Source: Clostridia bacterium (lineage in GTDB: Bacteria > Bacillota > Clostridia > RGIG6154). From it: DNA of 64,000 nucleotides. Positions 18,656 through 27,297 of this stretch are shown here, piece after piece. Each line of letters begins with the position of its first letter. Within the stretch, counting starts at the first letter, position 1. The translations under genes were made by a program, and so were the position numbers. The notes under the pieces were generated by a model. That model saw only the letters and a program-made list of their open reading frames with translations, ran no database searches and was not told the DNA's origin. The stretch lies in the NCBI GenBank assembly GCA_017626145.1, contig JAGAJK010000077.1:125077-189076 (forward strand). Direction: 5' to 3'.

Positions 18656-19354
18656 ATGAATGTACTTGCAATCGGATGTCATCCCGATGATATTGAAATC
18701 TCTTGTTGCGGAACACTTGCAAAATGTGTTAAACGTAGAGATAAAGTAACAGTTTGCCATGTTGCGAACGGAAATATGGGACACGAAATTATTTCTCCTG
18801 AAGAACTTCGTGAAATCAGAGCAAAAGAAGCTCAGAACGCCGGAGCTCTTGCAGGGATTGAAGTTGTAACACTTGATATCGGCGATTTGCTTCCTAACGG
18901 ATGCAATGTTGAGCAGAGAGATATGGTAGTAGCTTTAATTAAAAAGGTTCAGCCTGATTTTATTATAACACATAGTCCTACAGACTATATGCCCGATCAC
19001 AGGGAAGTATCAAAGCTTGTTTTTGATGCATCATTTGCGGCAAGTGTGCCTCATTACGGTGCTGAAGGTAAAGCTGCGGTTGTACCTCTTTATTATATGG
19101 ACAACCTTGCAGGTATGAATTTCAATCCTACAGAATATGTTGATATTTCTGAAGAAATTGAACTCAAAATTAAAATGCTTGAATGCCACGAAAGCCAGCT
19201 TAAGTGGATGAAGGATCACGATAAGATTGATTTTGCTGAATTTGTACGTACTTGTTCACGTTTCAGAGGTATTCAGTGTGGTGTTCAGTATGCTGAAGCT
19301 TTTTGTCAGGAAATGGTTTGGCCAAAGGTTCTGCCAAAGAGATTATTACCGTAA
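18656..19354 (+). CDS. LmbE/PIG-L-family deacetylase (N-acetyl-sugar deacetylase)
   Basis: N-terminal motif VLAIGCHPDDIEISCCGT and a later HxxH region (HSPTDYMPDHRE), typical of zinc-dependent LmbE-like deacetylases. Confidence 0.8.
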   Translation: MNVLAIGCHPDDIEISCCGTLAKCVKRRDKVTVCHVANGNMGHEIISPEELREIRAKEAQNAGALAGIEVVTLDIGDLLPNGCNVEQRDMVVALIKKVQPDFIITHSPTDYMPDHREVSKLVFDASFAASVPHYGAEGKAAVVPLYYMDNLAGMNFNPTEYVDISEEIELKIKMLECHESQLKWMKDHDKIDFAEFVRTCSRFRGIQCGVQYAEAFCQEMVWPKVLPKRLLP

Positions 19355-19386
19355 AATAATAAATTTTATATACAGGAGGAAAAACT

Positions 19387-20328
19387 ATGTTAGTTAATAT
19401 GAATGAAGTATTAAGACCGGCAAAAGAAAATCACTATGCTGTCGGCTTATTTAACGCAGTAAATTTAGAACTGGCAAGAGGTATTATTGCAGCTGCAGAA
19501 TCAACCCGTTCACCGGTTATTATGGGTACAGCAGAAATCCTGCTTCCATACGGACCTTTGGATGAGGTATCTTACTATCTTATCCCAATGGCTAAGAAAG
19601 CATCTGTTCCTGTTGTTGTACATCTTGACCACGGTCTTACATACGATACATGTATCAAGGCTTTAAAGCTTGGTTTCAGTTCAATTATGTATGATTGCTC
19701 AACAGATTCTTATGAAGAAAATGTTCGCAAGGTTAAGGAAATGGCTGATATAGCTCATTCTTACGGTGCAACAATTGAAGGTGAACTCGGTCATGTTGGT
19801 GATAATGAAGGTTCAGCGGAAGGAAGCTCACATCTTGCAGATCCTTCACAGTTCTTTACAGATCCAAAGCTTGCAAAAGACTTTGTTGATAAGACAGGTG
19901 TTGACGCACTTGCGATTGCAGTAGGTAACGCACACGGTGCATATAAGTTACCACCAAAACTTGATTTTGAAAGAATCCGTACAATTGCAAAAACAGTTGA
20001 TGTTCCTCTGGTTCTTCACGGCGGTTCGGGTCTTACGGATAATGACTTTAAGCAGGCAATCAAAGAAGGTATCAGCAAAGTTAATATCTTTACCGATATC
20101 AATGTTGCAGCTGTTGAAGCAGAATTCAAGAAGTTCCAGAGTATGGATAAGGGCTTGATTGATCTTATTCCTGCAGCTGTTGAAGCTGTAAAACAGGAGA
20201 GTATGAAGAAAATGGAACTCTTTAGCAGTAACGGAAAAGCAGGCGGTGCAGCACCGGTTTCAGCAGATAATATTGAAATGATAACAAAGCTTGTAGCTGC
20301 AGAAGTTGCAAAGTATTTAAACAAATAA
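19387..20328 (+). CDS. class II ketose-bisphosphate aldolase (FbaA/GatY/KbaY family)
   Basis: NHYAVGLFNAVN N-terminus, a metal-binding VHLDHG, and GELGHVG and HGGSG motifs. AGGAGG RBS. Confidence 0.8.
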   Translation: MLVNMNEVLRPAKENHYAVGLFNAVNLELARGIIAAAESTRSPVIMGTAEILLPYGPLDEVSYYLIPMAKKASVPVVVHLDHGLTYDTCIKALKLGFSSIMYDCSTDSYEENVRKVKEMADIAHSYGATIEGELGHVGDNEGSAEGSSHLADPSQFFTDPKLAKDFVDKTGVDALAIAVGNAHGAYKLPPKLDFERIRTIAKTVDVPLVLHGGSGLTDNDFKQAIKEGISKVNIFTDINVAAVEAEFKKFQSMDKGLIDLIPAAVEAVKQESMKKMELFSSNGKAGGAAPVSADNIEMITKLVAAEVAKYLNK

Positions 20329-20332
20329 AGAA

Positions 20333-20375
20333 AAAGTGACATACCCGACTGGATCGGCGTATGTCACTTTTTTAT
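20333..20375. terminator. bidirectional intrinsic terminator between the aldolase and melA
   Basis: AAAGTGACATAC-ccgactggatcggc-GTATGTCACTTT followed by TTTT. Confidence 0.8.
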
Positions 20376-20376
20376 G

Positions 20377-21693
20377 TTAAAGTATTTTGAAACCTGCATT
20401 TTCGTGAGCTTCAAACATTTCATCACACATAGCAACAATGTCGTCTATTGAAAGAACTGCTGCTGTATGGGGATCAAGCATCGCTGCGTGGTAAATGTGT
20501 TCCTTTTTACCTGTTACCGCTGCTTCAATTGTAAGAAGCTGTGGATTTATGTTTGTTATATTTATAGCTGCAAGCTGTGGTGGGAGAGCACCAACATATG
20601 TAGGAAGTATTCCGTTTGCATCAACCATACAAGGTACTTCAACGCAAGCATCAGCGGGAAGGTTTGTAATAAGACCGTTGTTAATTACGTTACCGCCGAT
20701 TTTGTACGGAACATTTGTAACCATAGCTTCAACAATACGTGATGCGTATTCGTGGCTTCTTGTGTGTTCAATATCGCCGCCGTTTAACAACTCTTCACGC
20801 TGTTTACCCCAGTTGTCAATCTGTCTTATACAACGTCTGATATATTCATCAATAGGAATGTTGAATTTGTCAATTAATTCAGGATAGTTAGGCTTAATAA
20901 AGAATGGATTGTATTCGGCGTTGTGTTCACTTGATTCTGTGCAGTAATAACCAAGATGCTTGATATATTCAAATCTTACCATATCGCCATGCTTTTCGTT
21001 TGCATTCTTTTCAGCGGCTCTTTTCTTGATTTCGGGATACAAATCGTTACCCTTTGCATCTTTAATTTCAAGAAGCCATGCCATGTGGTTGATACCTGCG
21101 ATTTTGTCAACAAAGCCGTCAACTTGTATATCAAGAGATTTTAAAAGATTTTCGGAGCAAACCTGAACGCTGTGACAAAGACCTATGGTTTTAACATTTG
21201 TGTATCTCTGCATATAACCGGAAATAATTGCCATAGGATTTGTGTAGTTAAGAAGCCATGCATTCGGGCAAACCTCTTCCATATCTCTTGCGATGTCTTT
21301 CATAACATAAATAGTTCTTAAGCCTCTGAAAATACCACCTATTCCGAGGGTGTCTGCAATAGTTTGCTTAAGACCGTATTTTTTAGGAATTTCAAAGTCA
21401 ATAACTGTACAAGGCTCGTATCCGCCAACCTGAATTGCGTTAATAACAAAGTCAGCATCCTTTAAAGCTTCTTTTCTGTTTTCTACACCAACGTAGCACT
21501 TGATTTTTGCTCTGTTTTCATTGTATTTTTTGTTAATAGCTTCAACGATAAGACGTGAATCTTCAACTCTTTGAGCATCAATGTCATATAATGCAATATC
21601 AACGTCGTGTGTTGCATCTGCAAACATAATATCACCAAGTACGTTTTTACAGAAAATAGTACTTCCTGCACCAATAAATGTAACCTTAATCAT
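20377..21693 (-). CDS. melA: GH4 alpha-galactosidase (NAD/Mn-dependent)
   Basis: Near-colinear with Bacillus MelA. Motifs include MIKVTFIGAGSTIF.KNVLGD (Rossmann), NAIQVGGY, TIGLCHSVQ (the catalytic Cys-His region) and the C-terminal AAMLDPHTAA. Confidence 0.9.
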   Translation of the reverse strand: MIKVTFIGAGSTIFCKNVLGDIMFADATHDVDIALYDIDAQRVEDSRLIVEAINKKYNENRAKIKCYVGVENRKEALKDADFVINAIQVGGYEPCTVIDFEIPKKYGLKQTIADTLGIGGIFRGLRTIYVMKDIARDMEEVCPNAWLLNYTNPMAIISGYMQRYTNVKTIGLCHSVQVCSENLLKSLDIQVDGFVDKIAGINHMAWLLEIKDAKGNDLYPEIKKRAAEKNANEKHGDMVRFEYIKHLGYYCTESSEHNAEYNPFFIKPNYPELIDKFNIPIDEYIRRCIRQIDNWGKQREELLNGGDIEHTRSHEYASRIVEAMVTNVPYKIGGNVINNGLITNLPADACVEVPCMVDANGILPTYVGALPPQLAAINITNINPQLLTIEAAVTGKKEHIYHAAMLDPHTAAVLSIDDIVAMCDEMFEAHENAGFKIL

Positions 21694-21803
21694 TTTTTAC
21701 CTCCTTAGAGTATGTTTGATTACATTATACAATAATAATTATAAAAAGCCATTGAAATAAGTAACAAAAATATGTTATAATGTAACATGAGGAGAGTGTG
21801 GAG

Positions 21804-22568
21804 ATGCAGGAAGCGTTTATTTTTGAAGACAGAAAGTTTAAAGATATTAACCCTATTCATGTAGGTCACGAAGCTTGTGCACCAAAACATAGCTTTGGTC
21901 CGGCTATCAGAATAAATTATCTTATTCACTATGTGTTGTCGGGAGAAGGTGTTTTATATGCGCCAAATGGAGAATTCAAGGTGAAGGAAGGACAGCTTTT
22001 TCTTATAAAACCAGGTGAAATTAATACATATACAGCCGATGAAAAAAAACCATGGGATTATATATGGATAGAATTTAACGGTGAAGTTGCAAATAAACTT
22101 TCACATATTGATAATCCTGTTATAGAATGCGACAGGAATATTTTTACTAATTTATGGAACTTGAGAACTAAAAAAGAATTTGCTGAAGAATATGCCGCTT
22201 CCTACATATTTTCGCTTATTCCTGTATTGCTGGGAAAAGATGTCGAAAAAGATATATCAGGACGAATTGTAAATTACATACACTCTAATTATATGAGAAA
22301 TATAAGTGTTGAGGAATTATCAAAAAGTATGGGGTACAGCCGTCAGCATATCTCACGAGTGTTTAAAAACGACATTGGTTGCCCGATACAGCAATATTTA
22401 ATTAAAACAAGACTTTCAAATGCAAAAACACTTCTTTCTAAAGGCTTTACAGTTTATGAAACTGCATTTATGTGTGGATATAATGATTCATTCAACTTTT
22501 CCAAAAGTTTTAAAGAAGAATACAAAATAAGCCCTAAACAATGGCAAAGCAAAAAGGATGTCAATTGA
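21804..22568 (+). CDS. AraC-family transcriptional regulator (cupin plus HTH), divergent from melA
   Basis: N-terminal cupin (HYVLSGEGVLYAPNGEFKVKEGQLFLIKPGE) and C-terminal HTH (VEELSKSMGYSRQHISRVFKNDIGCPIQQYL...TAFMCGYNDSFNFSKSFKEEY). Upstream promoter is TTGAAA, 17-nt spacer, TGTTATAAT. Confidence 0.85.
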   Translation: MQEAFIFEDRKFKDINPIHVGHEACAPKHSFGPAIRINYLIHYVLSGEGVLYAPNGEFKVKEGQLFLIKPGEINTYTADEKKPWDYIWIEFNGEVANKLSHIDNPVIECDRNIFTNLWNLRTKKEFAEEYAASYIFSLIPVLLGKDVEKDISGRIVNYIHSNYMRNISVEELSKSMGYSRQHISRVFKNDIGCPIQQYLIKTRLSNAKTLLSKGFTVYETAFMCGYNDSFNFSKSFKEEYKISPKQWQSKKDVN

Positions 22569-22578
22569 CATCCTTTTT
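22551..22578. terminator. bidirectional terminator hairpin formed by a perfect 18-bp palindrome that contains both convergent stop codons
   Basis: AAAAA-GGATGTCAATTGACATCC-TTTTT. The AraC stop TGA is at 22566-22568 and the esterase stop is at 22561-22563 on the minus strand. Confidence 0.6.
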
Positions 22579-23325
22579 CAGACTATCTATGTAGTTGTAA
22601 ACAATTTCACCAAATACGGGGATATTATTTTCGTTGATCTTTCTTACATATTCGCAGTGTTTACCATGCATCACTATATGGTTGATTTTAGGTTCAGTAT
22701 GTCCGAAATGTTTTAATGTGGAAATCATAAGCATAGTTTGTTCATATCTGTTTTCCATATCGTTATCTGAAACTATAAAAAGCATATCAGGATATGTATC
22801 ACTTGTGCCTATATGATAAAGAGGAGCAGAGGAATCAATGATAACTCTTTTTTTGTCAATTCCTCTTTCTCTTAAAACATTAAAATGACACGTAGGTTGT
22901 CCTGCATCGTGAATAAATGCTTTAATATCCATTGGAGATATTTTATAAGGAGCAAGAAATCTGCTGTCGAAACACAGCATCATCGACAGATACCCACCAG
23001 CCGAACTGCCGCCCACATAAATATCTGTGCAGTTACCGTAATTTGAAATGTTATTTTTAATCCAGGCTACAGATTCAGCAGCATCCATTATAAACTCTGG
23101 ATAAATAGCCTGAGGGTACATTCTGTAATTTACAGATGCAATAGCTATACCTTTATCTGCAAGGTAGGGTGCAAAGGCTTCTGCAGACTGTTTGTCTCCT
23201 TTTTCTATACCACCACCGTGAAAATAAACAAATATAGGAAAATTATCTGATTTTGGTAAATATAAATCAAGTTTCTTATCAATATTATCATATTTACTGT
23301 ACGAAATATCTTTAATTATTTTCAT
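22561..23325 (-). CDS. alpha/beta-hydrolase-fold esterase (BD-FAE / acetyl-esterase-like)
   Basis: Oxyanion HGGG motif (VYFHGGGIEKGDK) and nucleophile elbow G-x-S-x-G (YVGGSSAGGYLSMML). Confidence 0.8.
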   Translation of the reverse strand: MKIIKDISYSKYDNIDKKLDLYLPKSDNFPIFVYFHGGGIEKGDKQSAEAFAPYLADKGIAIASVNYRMYPQAIYPEFIMDAAESVAWIKNNISNYGNCTDIYVGGSSAGGYLSMMLCFDSRFLAPYKISPMDIKAFIHDAGQPTCHFNVLRERGIDKKRVIIDSSAPLYHIGTSDTYPDMLFIVSDNDMENRYEQTMLMISTLKHFGHTEPKINHIVMHGKHCEYVRKINENNIPVFGEIVYNYIDSLKKDVN

Positions 23326-23328
23326 AGC

Positions 23329-23607
23329 TTACTCCTTATCATAAACTGCTTTATTATAATAATAAGCAATAATGCAAGCACCTACCATAATTAAGTTGAT
23401 AACGTAGAATATCGATGGGAGAGTAAAGAATTTATTTCCTATGATTTTAGAGCCGATTCCTGCAATGTATCCGAAAAAGATAAGATAATAGAATGAAAGA
23501 CTTTTGCCTTTTGCAGTCTTTGATTTAACAGAATTGATTAAGTTCATAGGCCACGAAAGACCAAAACTGATAATCATAAGTGTTTCTAATATTTCCGGTA
23601 TTGACAT
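23329..23607 (-). CDS. small 3-TM PQ-loop-like membrane protein (SemiSWEET / LAB_N-like)
   Basis: 92 aa with 3 TM helices. TM1 motif LSWPMNLINSVKSKTAKGKSLSF resembles the PQ-loop signature (S..PQ....K.K....S). I chose the ATG start, which has an AAAGGA RBS. The track ORF has a TTG start at 23625. Lies 3 nt upstream of the esterase. Confidence 0.45.
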   Translation of the reverse strand: MSIPEILETLMIISFGLSWPMNLINSVKSKTAKGKSLSFYYLIFFGYIAGIGSKIIGNKFFTLPSIFYVINLIMVGACIIAYYYNKAVYDKE

Positions 23608-23741
23608 AATAAAACATCCTTTCAATAAATTATTACAGATATATTAACATAAAAAGCTCATAATGTAAATAATTAAATATAGTAACCCACTATACGTTGA
23701 CAGTTATGCTGAAACATGTTAAGATTAACATGGTGATTACA

Positions 23742-24587
23742 ATGGAACTATTACAATTAAAATATTTCTGTCATGCAGCAGAAACACAGAATTTTTCAAA
23801 AACAGCAAAAGAGTTTGAGGTCCCGGCTTCCAATATATCTCAAATGATTCACCGACTCGAGAAAGAACTTGAGACAACGCTTTTTGACAGAAGTGCAAAT
23901 CGTGTGCAGCTTAATGAAAAAGGAACCGCGTTTTACAAAAAAGTAAAGGAAGCATTAATATGTCTTGATGAAGCACAACGTATAGCACTTGATCATAATG
24001 AGACCGGTGGAGAAATACACCTTCGTATATGTACTAACCGTCGTCTTATAACTGATGTTATAGGTCAGTTTCGTAAACTTTTTCCAAAAGTAACATTTGT
24101 ACTTAATTTTGATAACAGCTCTGATAACAGCTTAGATGATTTCGATTTATTAATAAGTGAAGACGTTGATGATTCCAATCTGGAGAAAATCAAACTCATC
24201 GATGAAAAAATACTTCTTGCAGTAGAAAACAAACAAAGCAAATATGTTAACAAAAAAGATTTCAGTAATTTGAAATTTATTACTATGAGTAAAGGTAGCA
24301 GTATACATAAAATAACACGTAATATTTGTAATTTACAAGGATTTGAACCTAACATAGTAATACAAAGCGATGATCCGTTTTATCTCAGGAAATATGTCTC
24401 GTTAGGACTTGGTGTAGCCTTTTTCCCTGAAAAGTCCTGGAAGGGTCAGTTTGCAGACAATGTAAAGCTTATGGATGTAACAGATTTTAAGAGATCAACG
24501 TATGTTTTCAGACATAAAAACAGATATATGACAAAACCGCTTAAAGCTTTTCTTGAAATGCTTATCATCGGGGCTAAAAAATATTAA
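23742..24587 (+). CDS. LysR-family transcriptional regulator, divergent from the PQ-loop/esterase operon
   Basis: HTH directly at the N-terminus (MELLQLKYFCHAAETQNFSKTAKEFEVPASNISQMIHRLEKEL). The track ORF starts 15 codons earlier. Confidence 0.85.
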   Translation: MELLQLKYFCHAAETQNFSKTAKEFEVPASNISQMIHRLEKELETTLFDRSANRVQLNEKGTAFYKKVKEALICLDEAQRIALDHNETGGEIHLRICTNRRLITDVIGQFRKLFPKVTFVLNFDNSSDNSLDDFDLLISEDVDDSNLEKIKLIDEKILLAVENKQSKYVNKKDFSNLKFITMSKGSSIHKITRNICNLQGFEPNIVIQSDDPFYLRKYVSLGLGVAFFPEKSWKGQFADNVKLMDVTDFKRSTYVFRHKNRYMTKPLKAFLEMLIIGAKKY

Positions 24588-24665
24588 AAAACTATTGAAA
24601 ATTAGTTCAAAAAAAAGTATAATATAATAGAGTATATTTGTTAATTGATTTTTGGAGGCAAATTG

Positions 24666-27284
24666 ATGTATACACCAATGATGATGCAGTATTTTGAAAT
24701 AAAAAAACAACATGAGGATTGTATAGTTTTTTACAGACTTGGCGATTTTTATGAAATGTTTTTTGATGATGCAAAAAAAGCATCTAAAATATTAGGATTA
24801 ACGCTTACAGGCAGAGATTGCGGACAGCCTGAGCGTGCACCTATGTGCGGTGTTCCGTATCATAGTTGTGATACATATATTGCCAAACTAATCAAGGCAG
24901 GTTGTAAAGTAGCAATCTGCGAACAGGTAGAGGATCCGAAAACAGCCAAAGGAATAGTTAAGAGAGATATTGTCAGAGTAGTAACACCCGGAACTATTAC
25001 TATTCCTGATGTGGTAGAAGAATCGAAAAATAATTTTTTAGTTTGTGGTATAAAAAGTGGTGCAAATTTTGCACTTTCTGCTGTTGATGCATCAACCGGT
25101 GAATTATATGCAACCGAATATACGGGTGAGTCTGCTAAGCTTGATTTTATGAATGAGCTTTCAAAATATACTCCTTCGGAAGTTATATACAATCAAAGTC
25201 TGGCTGAGGATAAAGTGGTTGTTAAATATATTTCTGATAAATTTTCTGCTTTTACTCAAAGAATTACTTATGAATGTGAAAAATATGACTTAGCTGTAAA
25301 TAAACTTAAAGATCATTTTGGTGTGAATTACCATAGTCGTGAGGTTGAGGATAATCAGCTTGCATCTGTAGCTGTAGCTGTTCTTTTATGTTATCTTGAG
25401 GAAACACAGATGAACTCAATTGAACATATTGGAAAGACGGAATATTATTCCTCAGGTCAATATCTTGGTATCGATAGTGTAGCAAGATATAATTTAGAGC
25501 TTACAAAAACTATGCGTGACGGAGTTAAAAGAGGATCACTTTTGGGCGTTTTGGATAAAACCTGTACAGCTATGGGAGCAAGAATGCTTAACAGCTGGAT
25601 AAGTCAGCCGCTTGTGTCCTGCGGTCATATTAAGCGCAGACAGGATGCTGTTGAGGAGTTTTCTAAAAACATTTCGCTTCGTGAAGAATTACGCTCACAT
25701 CTGAAAGAAATTTATGATATGGAAAGAATCATTTCCAAAATCGAATACAGAACTGTAAACGCAAGGGATTTGCTTGCACTACGTGCATCTGTTTCGCATT
25801 TACCTGCTATAAGTAAGTGCTTTTCCGAATGCACAAGCAGTCTGCTAATGGAAGTATTTACCGATCTTGATTTACTTGAAGATATCTTAACACTTATTGA
25901 CTCTTCAATTGAAACAGAAAATACTCCGTTTTCAATACGCGAGGGCGGAATAATAAAGCAAGGTTACGATGAACAGCTTGATACATGGAAGGATGCTAAA
26001 AATAACGGAGCGGATAGGCTTCATGAACTTGAAGCAAGAGAAAGAGAAATTACAGGTATCAAAAATTTAAAAGTAACCTACAATAAGGTTTTTGGATACT
26101 ATATTGAAGTTACTAAATCATATCTTGATCAGGTTCCTGATAGGTATATAAGAAAGCAGACTCTTACTAATGCCGAAAGATATATAACTGAAGAACTGAA
26201 AGAACTTGAAGATTTGGTGTTAAGGTCAACGGAAAAGATAGTTGCACGTGAATATAATATTTTCTGTGAAATAAGGGATACAATAAAAAAACACACGGAA
26301 AGACTACAAAAGACTGCAAAAGTTATAAGCACAATAGATGTTCTTGCTTCCCTGGGGCTTGTAGCGGCTGAAAACAATTATGTTAAGCCACTTATAGATA
26401 CTTCTATGGAGATTGAAATAAAAGACGGAAGACATCCTGTAGTAGAGGATGTCTCCAAAGATGTGCTTTTTGTACCTAACGATACTTTACTTGATGATAA
26501 AGACAATACTTTTTGTATTATAACCGGTCCTAATATGGCAGGTAAATCAACGTATATGCGTCAGGTTGCAATAATAGTTATAATGGCTCAGATGGGGAGC
26601 TTTGTTCCTGCTACCTATGCAAAAATCGGAATAGTTGACAGAGTATTTACGAGAATAGGTGCATCTGACGATCTTGCATCGGGACAAAGTACTTTTATGG
26701 TTGAAATGAATGAGGTTTCCAATATTCTCAATAATGCAACCCAAAGAAGTTTGCTTATTTTGGATGAGATAGGAAGAGGAACTTCTACTTTTGATGGCCT
26801 TTCAATTGCCTGGGCTATAGTGGAATATATATCTAACAAAAAGAAGGTAGGGGCAAGAACTTTATTTGCTACACATTATCATGAATTAACTGTTCTCGAG
26901 GAAAAGATAAAATCAGTTAAAAATTATTATATAACGGCTAAAAAACGCGGTGACGACATTGTATTTTTAAGAAAAATAGTGAGAGGTGGTGCAGATGAAA
27001 GCTATGGTATTGAGGTAGCAAAACTGGCGGGAATCTGTGACGATGTAATTACAAACGCTAAAAAAATTCTTGCCACTCTCGAAACCGATGAACAAAAACC
27101 CAAGAAGAAAAAACAGGTTGAAGATTGTTCTGTTGTTCAGGAAAATGAGTTTCAGCTCGATATGCTTTCAGGTGCAAAGGATGAACTAATTGAGCAGATT
27201 AAGAAAATTGATATAAATATTTTGTCACCTATTGAGGCAATGAATAAGCTTTTTGAATTGAAAAAAGAAGCTGAAAAATTATAA
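24666..27284 (+). CDS. mutS: DNA mismatch repair protein MutS
   Basis: N-terminal YTPMMMQYFEIKKQHEDCIVFYRLGDFYEMFFDDA, Walker A GPNMAGKST and the ...STFMVEM... region. RBS GGAGG. Confidence 0.97.
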   Translation: MYTPMMMQYFEIKKQHEDCIVFYRLGDFYEMFFDDAKKASKILGLTLTGRDCGQPERAPMCGVPYHSCDTYIAKLIKAGCKVAICEQVEDPKTAKGIVKRDIVRVVTPGTITIPDVVEESKNNFLVCGIKSGANFALSAVDASTGELYATEYTGESAKLDFMNELSKYTPSEVIYNQSLAEDKVVVKYISDKFSAFTQRITYECEKYDLAVNKLKDHFGVNYHSREVEDNQLASVAVAVLLCYLEETQMNSIEHIGKTEYYSSGQYLGIDSVARYNLELTKTMRDGVKRGSLLGVLDKTCTAMGARMLNSWISQPLVSCGHIKRRQDAVEEFSKNISLREELRSHLKEIYDMERIISKIEYRTVNARDLLALRASVSHLPAISKCFSECTSSLLMEVFTDLDLLEDILTLIDSSIETENTPFSIREGGIIKQGYDEQLDTWKDAKNNGADRLHELEAREREITGIKNLKVTYNKVFGYYIEVTKSYLDQVPDRYIRKQTLTNAERYITEELKELEDLVLRSTEKIVAREYNIFCEIRDTIKKHTERLQKTAKVISTIDVLASLGLVAAENNYVKPLIDTSMEIEIKDGRHPVVEDVSKDVLFVPNDTLLDDKDNTFCIITGPNMAGKSTYMRQVAIIVIMAQMGSFVPATYAKIGIVDRVFTRIGASDDLASGQSTFMVEMNEVSNILNNATQRSLLILDEIGRGTSTFDGLSIAWAIVEYISNKKKVGARTLFATHYHELTVLEEKIKSVKNYYITAKKRGDDIVFLRKIVRGGADESYGIEVAKLAGICDDVITNAKKILATLETDEQKPKKKKQVEDCSVVQENEFQLDMLSGAKDELIEQIKKIDINILSPIEAMNKLFELKKEAEKL

Positions 27285-27297
27285 TTCAGGAGATCTT

